Positions 25,870 through 39,290 of a stretch of DNA of 64,000 nt are shown here, piece by piece (position 1 is the first letter of the stretch; every line of letters starts with the position of its first letter). The notes under the pieces are model-generated. The model worked only from the letters and a program-made list of their open reading frames with translations, did not search any database and had not been told where the DNA came from. Source of the DNA: Octopus sinensis (Eukaryota); the NCBI RefSeq assembly GCF_006345805.1, contig NC_043014.1, positions 23,560,001 through 23,624,000 of the forward strand. The letters are read 5' to 3'. A program made the translations under genes and the position numbers.

Positions 25870-25968
25870 GTACTGATGTATGGGAAATGTGTTGCAAGTA
25901 AAAATAATCTCAAAAAAGACGACTGTTTGAAAGAGTTCAGATCTCTTCATAAATGTGTAATGGCCATG
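25870..25968 (+). CDS. NDUFAF8: NDUFAF8-like exon 2 (VLMYGKCVASKNNLKKDDCLKEFRSLHKCVMAM)
   Basis: Pyrimidine-rich acceptor ...gttgtAG and donor GTATGT; 99 nt. With exon 1 it gives C-x9-C and C-x9-C. Matches recalled human AYGRCV....SKD.CAREFEALRSC. Confidence 0.85.
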
Positions 25969-26804
25969 GTATGTATCTAAATTTATTCTTAAACATCTGT
26001 TTGTGCGTGTATCCATCATTGACTGAAGAATCAAGATTCTGCCCATGTGATTCAACTCACTGTTATTTCCTCTCTATTGTCCAATTCTCTCAAGGCTGAG
26101 TTGAATTTTTTATAAGTTAGTGAAGGAAGTGGGGAAGTACTCATGACTTTTGCAAGTCTTTCTAGATTTATGACAGTGATTATTCAACTTGAATATTTGT
26201 AGGTCAATGCCTACAGATATATCTTGGGTAGGGGAGAATATTTTAAAAAGTTGCAGCCCTGGGTATGAAGAACTAGTGAAGAAAGTGAAACACAGTCCGA
26301 GTACTTAAAGAAGAGAGACAGGTGGGCTTGTTTAGTGAGGGTGTATGGCTAGCCTGCTGAAAGGTGTTGAGGCCATTGTAGCAGTTAAAGAAGAGTTTAA
26401 GAATACTGTATTGACAAGTCAGTAGGTGAAGCCAGTTGGTGATTGAATCTGGATTTGGTCCAAGATGTTTGTGTTTGAAGCATCAGCACATGGGTGTGTG
26501 CAGCTACTCAGCACAGATCTTACTTTAACATTGTTGGGAATTAACAAATTAATCTTTGTCATGCTGTTTAGGTAATATATGTGTGTGTTTTTGTCTGCAA
26601 TGAAAGATCATCAAGAATTGTGAGACTGTTTTTTCTAGGGACTGAGAGATTTAAACTTTTCATCAAAGTCTTCTGTACTCATACTTCTGTAAGTGGGGTG
26701 GTACTTTTAGTTATTTTATTGTTTCTTAATAATAGGGAAAAATTCATTTGAAGTTGGACTTTTTCTGGATATACCAACTGAGTAATATAATCTCTTTTAC
26801 TCTT

Positions 26805-27170
26805 TTACTTGTTTCAGTCATGTGACTGTGGCCATGCTGGAGCACCGCCTTTAGTCGATCAAATTGACCCCAGGACTTATTCTTTGTAAGCCTAGTACTT
26901 ATTTTATTGGTCTCTTTTTTTTTTTTGCCAAACCGCTAAGTTACAGGGACGTAAACACACTAGCATCAGTTGTCAAGTGATGTTGGGGGGACAAACACGC
27001 ACATACATATATATGACAGGCTTCTTTCAGTTTCCATCTACCAAATCCACTCACAAGGCTTTGGTCGGCCCGAGCCTATAGTAGAAGACACTTGCCCAAG
27101 GTGCCACGCGGTGGGACTGAACCCGGAACCATGTGGTTCGTAAGCAAGCTACTTACCACACAGCCACTCC
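26805..27170 (-). mobile_element. tRNA-derived SINE family A, full length, in NDUFAF8 intron 2
   Basis: Minus strand GGAGTGGCTGTGTGGTAAG (A box), GGGTTCAGTCCC (B box), GGCACCTTGGGCAAGTGTCTT core and LINE-like 3' tail GGCGGTGCTCCAGCATGGCCACAG. Confidence 0.8.
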
Positions 27171-27377
27171 TATGCCCACGTTTATCTCTATTGTTTTTTA
27201 ATTTTTTTTAACCTTCTCAGAAGCCAAACTGAACCACATCTTTGATTCACTGAGGTTTTATAACCAATTATAAATTAAGTTTAAAGTTATATTTTGCTTA
27301 ACAAAGTTGTTTTCCTTGGCTGGAAAAAAGATTTACCGTTTTGTTTGTCACTAAACTAATCTCTTCTTTGATTTCAG

Positions 27378-27389
27378 ATGAAGAAGTGA
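27378..27389 (+). CDS. NDUFAF8: NDUFAF8-like terminal exon (MKK*)
   Basis: Acceptor tttgatttcAG, then ATGAAGAAGTGA; AATAAA at 27434-27439. Homologues end in a similar KK motif. Confidence 0.7.
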   Translation: MKK

Positions 27390-28314
27390 TATACTTACTG
27401 TGAAGTTCAACATAAAAGAAACATAGATCATGCAATAAACTGTAATATAAAATGACACATTATTGTTTTGTTGTTTAATCTAAGGTTATTTCTGACTGGT
27501 GTAGCCATCCTGGTTTTCTTATTTTTCTTCTTTTTTTTCTTTTTTTTTTTTTGCATATCCATGACTACATTGTTCAACATACACTTTCTTTTTTAACAAG
27601 TTGTTTGTAGTGTTTTTGCTAATTAATACATAAGAAACAGACTTTATTAACTGTTTATATTTTAATATAAATCAGACATAAGCTGTAAATTGAGACAGCA
27701 GAAACAAACCACTGATGGGTTGCAAACCATATATTTTTCCTAATTCAAATTATCACTTATAATGTTTTATATAAAATCTTAGCAGTTTCTTCATACTTAT
27801 GGAATTATTTCTCATGGTAAATATCAAACTGAGGTAGGACATCTCATGCTATTGGGCATTAATAAACTGATCTACTCTGCTAGGACTAAGTGACTGACAA
27901 AATTATTTTGTAGAGATATGATAGGAAATAATGTACAGTATCTACTTTGAGAGGAGGAAACTGGAGGTGCTGTGTCATGTTATCAATGATATAATCACCC
28001 AGCAAGCAATGGATATGAATTTTGAGTCTTGTCAGTGGACCTGTTTAACTTTTATAACTCCATGTCTAATATCAGAGGTAGGCTTACATAACAGTAACAA
28101 TATACTGTGAGTATTCCACTTTTATAGGGAGACTAGACTACCCATGACCCATTGGGTCACCTGGAAAGTCTGAGTTTCCCAGCAACGGAATTTTGTTTTG
28201 TGGATTTTTTGATCTTTTTCAGGTTATTTTGTGTGCTTTCAATGAATGTAACATTGAAATCACTTGTAAATGGCTACTTTCCCCAGAGAAGGAAAGATCT
28301 GGCTGCTGTTTCTT

Positions 28315-28389
28315 GCATGCCCTGCTACCACGTAACAGGTATTTTGGGTCCTTTATCACAAATAGCTGTTACGTGGTAGCAGGGTGTGC
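28315..28389. repeat. 75-nt hairpin with a 19-bp perfect stem
   Basis: CCCTGCTACCACGTAACAG (28320-28338) and CTGTTACGTGGTAGCAGGG (28366-28384). Confidence 0.85.
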
Positions 28390-28689
28390 TAAAAATAACA
28401 ACCAAATCTTTGGAGCTGAGATACATTGAATGCACTCGAAAACATTTTTGTAATGGTATTCCTTTGGAGCAAGCTTTTGCTTTGACTCTCAGAACTTCTC
28501 ATCTAGATCAGCTGGTTTTATTTGTTAATTTCTGTGGGAGAGAGTTCACTTACACATACCTGAGAACACACGTTCACTCACTCACTCTCTCTCACACACA
28601 CATGCACACGTACATAAAAAAAGATGTGTGCATATGTATTGATGTATATATGTATACATGACAACACACCCCTTCACCCACTCTCTTTC

Positions 28690-31600
28690 TCTTTCACAGA
28701 CATGTTTACTTCAACGGAGATGTGTTGATATGTGCTGTATCCAAGAAGTAACATGATGAGGAGGTTCTGCTAGGTTCCTCACAGGCAAAGAACACAGGTA
28801 CAAGATTTTCTGGGCAGGGAACACTGACGGGGTTGGGGGTGTGGGTATACTTCTTTCGAAGAAATGGGTAGATAAGGTAATTGAGGTAGTCAGAGTATGC
28901 GACAGAGTACTTAAGATTAGATTAGTGCTCCATCATGGGTTAGCAACTATTATCTCAGCCAGGGCTACCCGATGGACAGAAAGACCAATTCTATGACACC
29001 CTCTTGCAGACTACCGCGTTGACAAATGACAGGGACCTTCTCTTTGTGGCTGGTGACTTCAATGGACATGTTGAACAACATGTCGGAGGCTTCCATGGCA
29101 TACATGGAGGCTACGGTTTTGGCTCTCACAATACTAACTTCAGAAAACCTGCTAGTCACCTACTGCTCTGGAAGACACACTAGTCAGATTGACTATATCC
29201 TCACCAGAAAAAGGGAAAGATGGCTGCTTATAAATGCCAAAACCTTCCCAGGCGAAGAATGTACCACACAACATAGACTGGTAGTTAGTGACTTCAGGAT
29301 CAGGGTTAAATGGATGCCCAGAAGACGACCAGCAAGGAGAAGAAGGGTCTGGAGACTTAAAGATCCCGCAAACAGACAGAGATTTAGAGACATTTGACGA
29401 AATAGAAGGGGATATAGCTTCACATGGTGTAGAAGACAACTGGAGGTTCCTATGGGATAACCTGCTAAGGGTCACTGACCAGATCTGTGGATAGTGCCCA
29501 AAATAACGTGGTGGTGGAAAAATGTTGTTGACAGGGCTATTAGACAAAAAAAAAAGGCTTGGAAGGACTGGAAGAATGGTGGTAGCAGGGAAGTATATCA
29601 GACTGCCAGAAGGGAAGCTAGGAGGCAGGTTTATTTAGCCAGAGGGGAAGCAGATGAGAAAAAATTTGCCAATGTTCTGCGCCGTGAGGACCAAAGATTT
29701 GAGGTATTTTGTGTTGCAAGACAGTGTGTGAGAGAGAATCGTGATGTTGTAGGAGAGAAATGTGTTCACATGGATGATGGTTCACTTGCGCTAAATGAGG
29801 ATGCAAAGAGAGTTTTGGAGACGCCACTATGAAAGGTTTCTGAATAAAGAAAATGAATGGGAGAAAGAGAGTCTGCCAAATGTCGACCCAACAGAGGGAC
29901 CAGCTATCCAAGTTGACAGTACTTTGGTAGATAAGGCTATTAGAAGTATGAAGACAGGGAAAGCCCCCGGCCCATCAGGAATTACTGCAGAGATGCTCAA
30001 AATATCTGGCAGTGTCGGCTATAGCCTAGTCACCCATATAGTTAACCAGGTGATACACGAAGGAGTCATACCCAATGACTGGTGTAGTAGCATAATAGTC
30101 AACTGCTACAAAGGTAAAGGTGACACCTTAGATACAAATAATTATAGAGGTATCAAGCTGTTGGATCAGGTAATGAAGGTTACAGAGAGGGTCAGAGCCC
30201 AACTGATTAGGGAGAGAGTCAGCTTGGATGAGATGCAGTTTGGTTTCATGCCAGGGAAAAGCACCACTGATGCCATATTTCTGGTGAGACAGCTGCAGGA
30301 GAAATACCTAGCCAAAGATAAGCCCCTGTACCTGGCTTTCGTTGACATGGAGAAAGCCTTCGACAGGGTCCCCCGATCCCTTATCTGGTGGTCAATGAGG
30401 AAACTAGGGATAGATGAATGGTTAGTGAGAGCTGTGCAAGCCATGTACAGGGACACTATAAGTAAGGTGAGGGTTGGCAATGAGTACACTGAAGAATTTA
30501 GGGTAGAGGTAGGTGTCCACCAAGGTTCAGTCCTCAGCCCCCCTCCTATTTATCAGTCCTCCAGGCAATAACTGAGGAATTCAAGACATGATGTCCCTGG
30601 GAGCTCCTCTATGCTGATGACCTTGCTCTAATTGTTGAGTCACTATCAGAACTAAAGGAGAAATTTCAAGTGTGGAAATAAGGATTATAATCAACCTAGC
30701 TAAAACAAAAGTCCTAATAAGTAAGAAGGCAGGCAAACCACAAATCCCTTCAGGAAGATGACCCTGCCTAATCTGTAGTAGAGGCATAGGTAGAAACTCT
30801 ATAAGATGTACCCAGTGTAAGCTATGGACACATAAGAGGTGCAGTAATATCAAAGGAAGGCTAACTGGGAGGATAGTTTTTATATGTGCAGATGCTTGGG
30901 AGCAATAAACACTGAAAATGCGCAAAGAACAACTTCCGCCACTTTGCAGGGAGAAAAACTAGAAGTAGTTGATAGCTTCCGTTACCTAGGTAACCAAGTC
31001 AGTAGCAGAGGAGGGTGCACTGAAAGTGTAGCTGCTAGAATAAGAATAGCTTGGGCAAAGTTCAGAGAGCTCTTACCTCTGCTGGTGACAAAGGGCCTCT
31101 CACTCAGAGTAAAAGGTAGACTGTATGACGCTTGTATACGAACAGCCATGCTACATGGCAGTGAAACATGGGCTGTGACTGCTAAGAACATGCGTAAGCT
31201 CGCAAGGAATGAAGCCAGTATGATTCGATGGATGTGTAATTCGGTACCTTGAGAGAAAAGTTGGACCTAAGAAGCATCAGATGTGGTGTGCAAGAGACGA
31301 CTGCACTGGTATGGTCATGTGGCGAGAATGGATGAGGATAGCTGTGTGAAAAAGTGCCACACCCTAGTTGTTGAGGGAACCTGTGGAAAAGGTAGACCCA
31401 AGAAGACCTGGGATGAAGTGGTGAAGCACGACCTTCGAACTTTAGGCCTCACCAAGGAAATGACTAGTGACTGAGACTTTTGGAAATATGCTGTGCTTGA
31501 GAAGACCCAGCAAGCCATATGAAGCCATAACCCGTGGCCTATGCCAGGAGTGTAACCAGCCCACTTATGCGTACCTTTTCCTTCTTTGGACACTAAACTC

Positions 31601-32155
31601 TGCTTACGAAGACATGTTGAGGCAAGTGAAATCAAAATCAAATTCGATGACTGGCATCCGTGCTAGCAGGGTACAAAGAGCACCATATGAGTGTGATCAT
31701 TGACAGAGCGGTTAACCGGCTTCCATGCAGGTGGCATATAAAAGGCACCATTCGAACGTGATCATTACCAGCACTGCCTTACTAGCACTTGTATCCATGC
31801 TAGTATGGTGTCAAGAGCACCATCCGAGCGTGATCGTTGCCAGAGGGCACCATTCGTGCATGCTCATTACCAGCGTCACCTTACTGGTACCTGTGCCGGT
31901 GGCATGTGTAAAAAGATTCAAGTGAGGTCATTGCCAGTACTGCCTGACTGGCCTCCATGCAGGTGGCACATAAAATGCACCCACTACCTCAGAGTGGTTG
32001 GCATTAGTAAGGGCATCCAGCTGTAGAAACTCTGCCAGATCAAGATTGGAGACTGGTGCAGCCATTTGGTTTGCCAACCCTCAATCAAAATCGTCCAACC
32101 CATGCTAGCATGGAGAGCGGATGTTAAATGACAATGATGATGATGATGATGATAC
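28690..32155 (+). mobile_element. RTE-clade LINE copy 1 (APE-RT, degraded, 5' truncated) with structured 3' UTR and (GAT)n tail
   Basis: VAGDFNGHV, SQIDYIL, QHRLVVSDF, NYRGIKLL, FVDMEKAFDRV, VHQGSVLSP, LLYADDL, GRPKKTW; tail at ~32131-32155. Confidence 0.9.
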
Positions 32156-33049
32156 ATCTTTCACTTTAAAACAAGTAAATAAATAAAAAAATTTTACAGA
32201 AATAAAAAAAACTCTGGATGATAAGCAAAAGATCTCCTTTCACTTGAAAATAATTTTAAAAAACATTAAAATATTGTCTGTTTAAAGAAAGCTAAAATAT
32301 AAATTCTTACTGTGCAAACAACTTACATTTTTGAAATCATATTCAGTTAAAAATATTTCTAAATGATTAAAATATTGTGTACGTCAAAAAGTCATTTTTT
32401 TTCCTTCTTAGCAGGAAGGCTATGTGTATATATCACAGCGGATGTGTGTTTGTGTTGATTGACTGCCATGACATTCATTATAAGTGCATGTGTTGACGTC
32501 ACAGAAGCGATGATTTTTTTTGTCAAGAAATAACAAACAAAACTTGCATTTAATCGTTTTCCTTACTAAATAGAGTCCCAAATATCACAAAAATTTGTAC
32601 TGCACTGTCAAAGATAAGTATGAAAATACATATGCAAAAAAAATTAAGATAAAATATACTATTTCTGAGATATTTTGGGTACACACAAACATCTCTAGGG
32701 TTTAATATTATCAAGATGTAAACATAATCGTCATCCTTGTTTATTACAATTCTCACTAGCTTAATATTCCTTGTTATAAGAAGGTATGAGATGTAAGTGC
32801 AGACTACTAAGAGCTATGTCTATATTAACAAATGTTAAAACATCTTTGTCTGCATCCTAAAGAATGTCATCCAACTGATAGGCAACAACACCAATACCCT
32901 GCAAACTCTAGCTCTTAGTTATGCTGTCTCTTCACTCTGACTATTTGACTGCAAATATACTACAATGGTGTCTGCTCCTCTGAACCAGCAAGTTGTATAT
33001 TATCTCCTTTGATATATTCATCAACCATAGTGTCTAATTTCTTCTTCCC

Positions 33050-33200
33050 CCACTATTCAATTAGTACTTATTTTATTGACACCGAAAGGACGAAAGGTAA
33101 AGTCGACCTCAGTGAAATTTGAACTCATAACATAAAGATAGATGAAATGCCACAAAGCATGTTGTCCTGCATGCTAACTATTGTGCCAAGTCACTGCACT
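33050..33200 (-). mobile_element. SINE family B, degenerate
   Basis: Same core (GTACTTATTTTATTGAC...AAAGTCGACC...TTTGAACTC). Confidence 0.55.
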
Positions 33201-34099
33201 AACTACTATACCCAATCTTTTGTACTTACTAAATCTCTTCCCTGCTGAAGTTTTTCCTGCAAACATTTATCTACAGAAATTCAAAATGAACATCAGCCAT
33301 ATTTATCTCAGCACACTGGAAGGGTAATTACTCCCCTCCTGGCTTAACCTTAGAAAAATAAGTTTGCAGTAATAATTTCAAATCCTTCTTGAGACCTGCA
33401 GAAAATAATGAGATCTCACTTGCAAGTATTGGTCTAAATTACACTGTCTTCATTTTTGGTGTTATTCTAATTTTTATAATTTCAAGTTTTCCTTTACAAT
33501 CACCCTCTCCTTCCTTGAAAGTAGCACCTTGCATCTTGCAGTGCAGTGATTGAAACCAGTAAAAAAAAGTACACACACACATACACGTGGACAAAGGCAT
33601 AGTCATATCATTAAAAAGATGGCAACACCCCAGTAAGAGCACAGCCTTGAGGCTAGAACTTGTAAGAGAATAAAAGTGTTCTCTACTGTAGACTCAGGCT
33701 TTACCAATAACTTTTGGGTGGAATTTGTACATGGAAATGTGCAATATTGTGTGCATCTATTATATACAAATCTATATTTGTCCATGTGTTGTACCTGTGT
33801 TTAACTGCATCATATCAAAAAGATTAACTCAAATTCCATTAAATAAGTACAAGATTAAATTTGGGTTGGGGTCAATATTATTGGCTAAATCGCATGTAAC
33901 AACTAAACCCAATAAAAGAATATGCGCTATTAATTTTCAACCTAATTTGACAGGCTGATATAAAACTGACTAAATAATCAGCATGAAAATAGTTTTGTCT
34001 GTAACACCTTGCATGATCAAACCAAACCAAAGTGTGTGCAAATTTGCAATCCTGCAGTTATTGGACTCACGTAATCTTTTAGGGTTACTATTATAAAAT

Positions 34100-35330
34100 G
34101 AACTTATGGTACTATGGAAGCATAGGAAGACAAGAATTCTTGTCGGTTATGCTGCTGCAATTGTTGTTTATATGTGCAATCTCATTTCTCACATATGTGG
34201 CTTTGGCTCTGGTGGGTAAGGCTGATTGGTAGTGGACTGAAAGTTTTCTATTAGTGGCTCTTCTGTAGAATTTAGTAAATATGGAGCCTTCCTCTGTGAT
34301 CTTGAGTTGAAAGTTGAGTAGAGAGAGAATTCCAGATTCATCTGGATGTTCAATCTCAAATTTGATGTTTATGTTGGTGTTATTGAAGGTCCTATGTATG
34401 TTAATGGCCTCATCCCTGGAGGATGTGATGATAAGCATGTCATCAATGTATCTGGTGAAGATGCATGAGCAGCAGGTGTTGAGTGCTGTGCATTCTAGCT
34501 TATCCATGTATGTGATGGCCAGCAGGCCTGAAAGGCTAGATCCCATAGGTAGGCCAGAAGTCTGTTTGTAAATCACACAATTATATTGGAAGTAGGTGTC
34601 ACCAATTATAATGGTTAGTAACTCTCATATGTCTGAGGGTGTAAGGCTGAAGAGCTGGAAGCTGATGGATGGGGAGGTGAGAGAAGATGGAGAGGGAGGG
34701 AGAGATGAAGTGGGAGGTGGGGGAGATAAGGATGTGATGTGGTCTATGAACAGCCAAGAGAGCAGATGCAGAGGTGAAGAGGGAAACTATGTTTAAACTA
34801 AAAAGGTATTTGTTAGTTTTAAGTATGGAGGGGTCGATATCTTTGAGTCTTGTGAAGATTTTATGGGAGCTGCTGACATGTCCGGGGAATGCGTGTAGTA
34901 AGGGCTTGAGAAGTTTAGAGAGGAGCCAAGAAATCTTATAGAAAGGATTATTAATTCGTGATACTATGGGTCTGATTTTAAGCTTAGGTCCGAGTTTGGG
35001 GATTTTTATTAAATGGTAGAAGGATGGAAGGGTGATGTTTTTAGATGGGTAGTTCAGGCTAGTCTTTTTAGAGAGGATCCTTTGGTGACAGATGTTGGTC
35101 CAGCTGGTGTTGATAGTGGACTCCAATTGGTGAGGTGTGATGTAAACCTTTTCATATAGTGTGGTGTCACTGAGGTATTTGATAGCTAGTCTTTTGTAGG
35201 TGGGTTTGTCTATAATGCAGAATTCTTTCCCTTTGTCTGAAGCTAGGTAGATGAGGTTCTTGCAAAATCAGAAATTGGGATTAAGTAAGGTTGCATGATG
35301 GGGTAGAACGTTTATCTAATATGTTAAATA
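34100..35330 (-). mobile_element. Penelope-like element RT relic
   Basis: SDKGKEFCII, LPSFYHLIKIPK, IRPIVSRIN, YKQTSGLPMGSSLSGLLA, RYIDDMLII, FYRRAT. Confidence 0.85.
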
Positions 35331-35559
35331 TGGATTGTTTGAGTCTAGCTAGTTTGGGGTTTTAAGGGGGAGGGTGAAGTGGGTTATCGAGGTGGTAGAT
35401 GGGGAGTCTAAGTGTAGCAGAGGAGGAGGTAGAAGAAAGAAATGATGACGATGATGATGAATTCAGTGAAAATGACGATGAGGAAGATGTAGGGGTGGTG
35501 GAGGGGGAGGAGGAGGTAAAGGGGTAGATGATGATGCTATTGGTGTGTCTGTATTTATT

Positions 35560-35705
35560 CCCCCACCATCACTTGACAACCGATGTTGGTGTGTTTACAT
35601 CCCCGTAACTTAGTGGTTCAGCAAAAAAGACTGATAGTATAAGTACTAGGCCTGCAAAGAATAAGTCCTGGAGTCAATTTGTTCGACTAAAGGCGGTGCT
35701 CCAAG
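35560..35705 (+). mobile_element. 3' half of SINE family A
   Basis: Reverse complement of 26830-26985. Confidence 0.65.
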
Positions 35706-35829
35706 TAAAAGAATATATAGCCATAAACAATACACATGTAAGCAATATACACACAAATGAATACACAAACACATGCATATATATACATACACACACAATA
35801 AAATGAAATAAAATAAGATGACAGTACAA

Positions 35830-36900
35830 CTAAAATTCTTGTCACTGCAATAAATATCAGGGCAGGAGCAGTGGCTAGATATAGTGTGCCCATCATCAGG
35901 TGGACAAAAGAAGAAATATCGAAATACAATTGAAAGTTGTATAGAGCATTACGCCCTAAAGCTAATATAATTAGACTATAGATGTAGAGAATGGTGGTAG
36001 AGGTCTCATCAGTGTAGATTGTTACATAAGGAGTGAAAGGAGAATGCTTACAGAATATTTGGTAAATAGTGATGAAAAGTTGTTCCAATATGCAGCAAAA
36101 GATATGGGTATAAATGCAAATGAAATGTTTGGTAAAGAAAAGTTGAAGAGGAAAGAAGATCTGGAAATGAGAATGCATGATCAGTTTCAAAGAAATACAC
36201 AGGACATCAAGAATACAACATCGTGGACAAGGCTTAAACAAGGTGACTTGAAGCATACCACTGAAAGCCTTGTAATTTCAACATGAGACTAAGCTATTGC
36301 TAATAATTCAGTGAAGTATAATACCTACAAAACTTCAGACACCAAGAAACACAGACTCCATGAAAAGAATGTGGACAATGTAACCCACTTGGTAAGTAGA
36401 TGTAAGAGCCTCACACAAAAAGAATATAGATGCTACCATGTTTGTACCTTCATTGCTTTTATGCCATAAATACCAACATGAAGTAATAGAGAATTGGTAT
36501 GAGCCTAGTAAAGTAATGCAGGAGGAAGAGAAAGCAACACTATTCTGGGATTATGGTTTTCTGACTGGTAGAGTCATTGCCAACAGGACATTGTCATATT
36601 GAACAAGACAAATACTGTCAGGCATTGCCATAGCCATGCCAAATGACATGAATATTGTGAGTAAAGAAGTTGAAAAACTCACCAAGTACTCTGAATTGAA
36701 AGTGGAGATGGTAAGAATGTTTGGAATGCAAAATAGTAATATAAAAGTGATGCCATTTGTGATTGGAGCATTAGGGTCAATCCCACTGAAACTTTAAGAC
36801 TTCTTAAAGCATTTTGGAATACCATAAAAGATTGGTGTCATACCAAAATCTGCCTTGTTAGGTACTGCACACATTTTAAGGAAAGTATTATCTATTTGAG
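35830..36900 (+). mobile_element. Degenerate 3' part of an R4/Dong-like non-LTR element (restriction-like endonuclease)
   Basis: AINIRAGAVARYSVPIIRWTKEE, GGRGLISVD, GDLKHTTESLVI, LWDYGF, IAIAMPND, KEVEKLTKYSEL, VIGALGSIP, ILRKVLSI*. Confidence 0.7.
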
Positions 36901-36984
36901 GTCCTTGTTGTGACTTGATGGATGCCTAAATACTCTGGTTCATTTTCCATCTACACTGCATGATAAAGCAATGATAATTCCTTT

Positions 36985-37160
36985 TTCACTAGGCATAAGG
37001 CCTGAGATTTGGGAGAAGGGGTGGGTATAATTGATTACATCAACTCAAGTACTCATCTGGTCTTCATTTTATTGATCCAGAAAGGATAAAAGGCAAAATT
37101 GATCTTGGCAGAACTTGAATTCAGAACGTAAAGAGTCAGAAGAAATATCACTAAGCAATT
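36985..37160 (-). mobile_element. SINE family B, degenerate
   Basis: Same core motifs. Confidence 0.55.
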
Positions 37161-37839
37161 CTTCTATTGGATTGACAGGGTGAATAGATGGAGAGTGGAG
37201 TAGAATTATGTGAGTGAGAGTGCGTGTGTGTGTGTATTTAGGGTATATTACTGATGAGTATAGTTCAAGAGGTTCTTGTTGTTAATGTGTATATATTGGT
37301 GTATGTGTAATTATATATATGTATTGTCTGTACACACACACACATATATATATATCGATGTATACAATATCTTGTGTGTACAGTTAGATGTACAACTGCT
37401 ACTTCTGAGTTTAGAGCTGTATGCATCATCATCCTGCTTGCTTCTGATTGTGATATACAGAACAAATGTAGGAGAAATTATGATAAACAAAAGACATAAA
37501 CTTGTGCTTATCATAATTTCTCACACACACACATGTAAGCCATTAAAAGTTAGGAAGTATGGGATGTGAGTATATTTATTTAACCACTTGTCATCCTGAG
37601 GATTATAGCGATTTTGCAGCCTTCTTCATGTAATAAACAATAATTTCAAGGTATAATAATTATGCTTACATGTCTGCACTAATATGCATTATAAAATACA
37701 ACTGTACATACAGATAAAGAAAGCTAGCTCATCAGATCACCTCAAGATTATGATTACACCACTGATTCAACTCTAGGTACACATACAAAACTAAGATGAA
37801 TTGACAAACAGAGTGACCAGTCTTACCTAGAAATGGGCA

Positions 37840-38915
37840 GGGAGGAAGCTATCACTTGACCATCATACCTTGCCCCAGTCTCCTGTTCATTATTTTGTGG
37901 ACAGAACATGTTTAAATGGTTAAGCAGTCATTCTGCTGCAAGAACCCTGTTTTTTTTTTGGCTTAGGCATACTGTGATTTTTGATGCACTAACACATGCT
38001 CAGTTTGTGCCACCTACCACAATTTCTAGACAGTGAACATGTGTGGACTCCATTTGTGAGGCACATCTTTCTGCAGCTTGTCTTTTTGATGGAACTGCAG
38101 TTCTAGATGCAGGAAAGACTGAGAATGGGCGCTTGGTATGTAGAATGTTATCAGACACTCACAGTCCTCCACCAGTCAGACAATCAGATCAATGGATATC
38201 CCACTTTAGCAATATATAAATGATTAGTGGTGGGGAAGTGCAACGATATCCTCAAGGAGACCCTTGATATTGATAAAAAGAACCTGGCTAATCTGTTCCA
38301 GAGGACTTTCTGGTTGGGGACTATTATGGATAATTTCCAGGTGTCCTTGGCCTGGGACAGGTGTGGGGTGGTACTACTGGTTCGAGATAAACTCTACAAG
38401 TATGAATGTGCTGTCAGATGAACTTGTCCAAGTTGCATGCAGAGCAATGAAGCCATTCTGCACACACTCATTCAGTGTCTAAGCATTACTTACTCATGAG
38501 TAATGTTGAACAGCTGCTGCTACATGTGGGATGAATCCATCCCTCAGCTATAGTCATGATTGCCCCACCGCCCTCCTTTAATCAGGCAAGCAAGGCAGTT
38601 TTCCTTTATCTGGTAATGGCAAAAGAGGCTGTCTGGTGGACAAAGCTGAAAGGAATGAGGACATTTCTCTTTAGTAGAGCCCTCATTGACCTTTTCAAGT
38701 TTCACTTGGAAAGGAAAGTGAGGGTGGAGAGAGAGGTGCTGTCCTTGAGTAAATTTACTGATATGATGTACACTTCCATTCTTTGTTTTATTGTATACCA
38801 TGTATACTTACCTCTTTTTGCTTTAATCATTTCATTATATGTAAACCTCCACACTTTATGTCTGTCTTTGTATTATCCGTCTTATCCTTCACCCTAGTAG
38901 CAAATAAAAGAAATC
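37840..38915 (+). mobile_element. Degenerate 3' fragment of a Tx1/L1-like LINE related to 1-2950
   Basis: MAKEAVWWTKLKG..FLF..LI..FKFHL.RKVRVEREVLS parallels 2252-2512; ends AATAAAAGAAAT(CATT/ATT)n. Confidence 0.8.
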
Positions 38916-38939
38916 ATTATTATTATTATTATTGTCATT

Positions 38940-39290
38940 CAAGGAAGTGAGCAGGTAGAATCTTTAGCATGCTGGGCAAAATGATTAGTTATATTTCATC
39001 CATCTTTACATTCTGAGTTCAAATTCCACTTTGCTTTTCATCCTTTTGGGGTTAATAAATTAAGTACCAATTGAACATTAGGGTTGATATAACTGACTTA
39101 CCTGTTTCCCCAAAATTGCTGGCTTTGTGCCAAAATTTGAAACCATTAGCATTAGACAAAATTTTTAGTGGCATTTTTTCTGGCTTTATGTTCTGAGTTC
39201 AAATACCAGAAGAAAGACTAAGTCAAGCCTTTCTTCCCTTCAGGGCAATGAACTACATACCAGTTAAGTTGATGTAACTAACTTGCTCAC
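38940..39290 (+). mobile_element. Two tandem family B SINEs
   Basis: Two heads with TTCTGAGTTCAAAT B boxes and GGGGTTAATAAATTAAGTACC-like cores. Confidence 0.55.

Noticed and set aside
28223-28338. Apparent plus-strand exon with good splice sites
   Set aside because: No recognisable peptide in either open frame; it lies after the NDUFAF8 stop and poly(A) signal, and the donor overlaps a hairpin.
37251-37760. CTGATGA cores at 37251(+) and ~37730(-) as hammerheads
   Set aside because: No stem II, GAAA or stem I partners.
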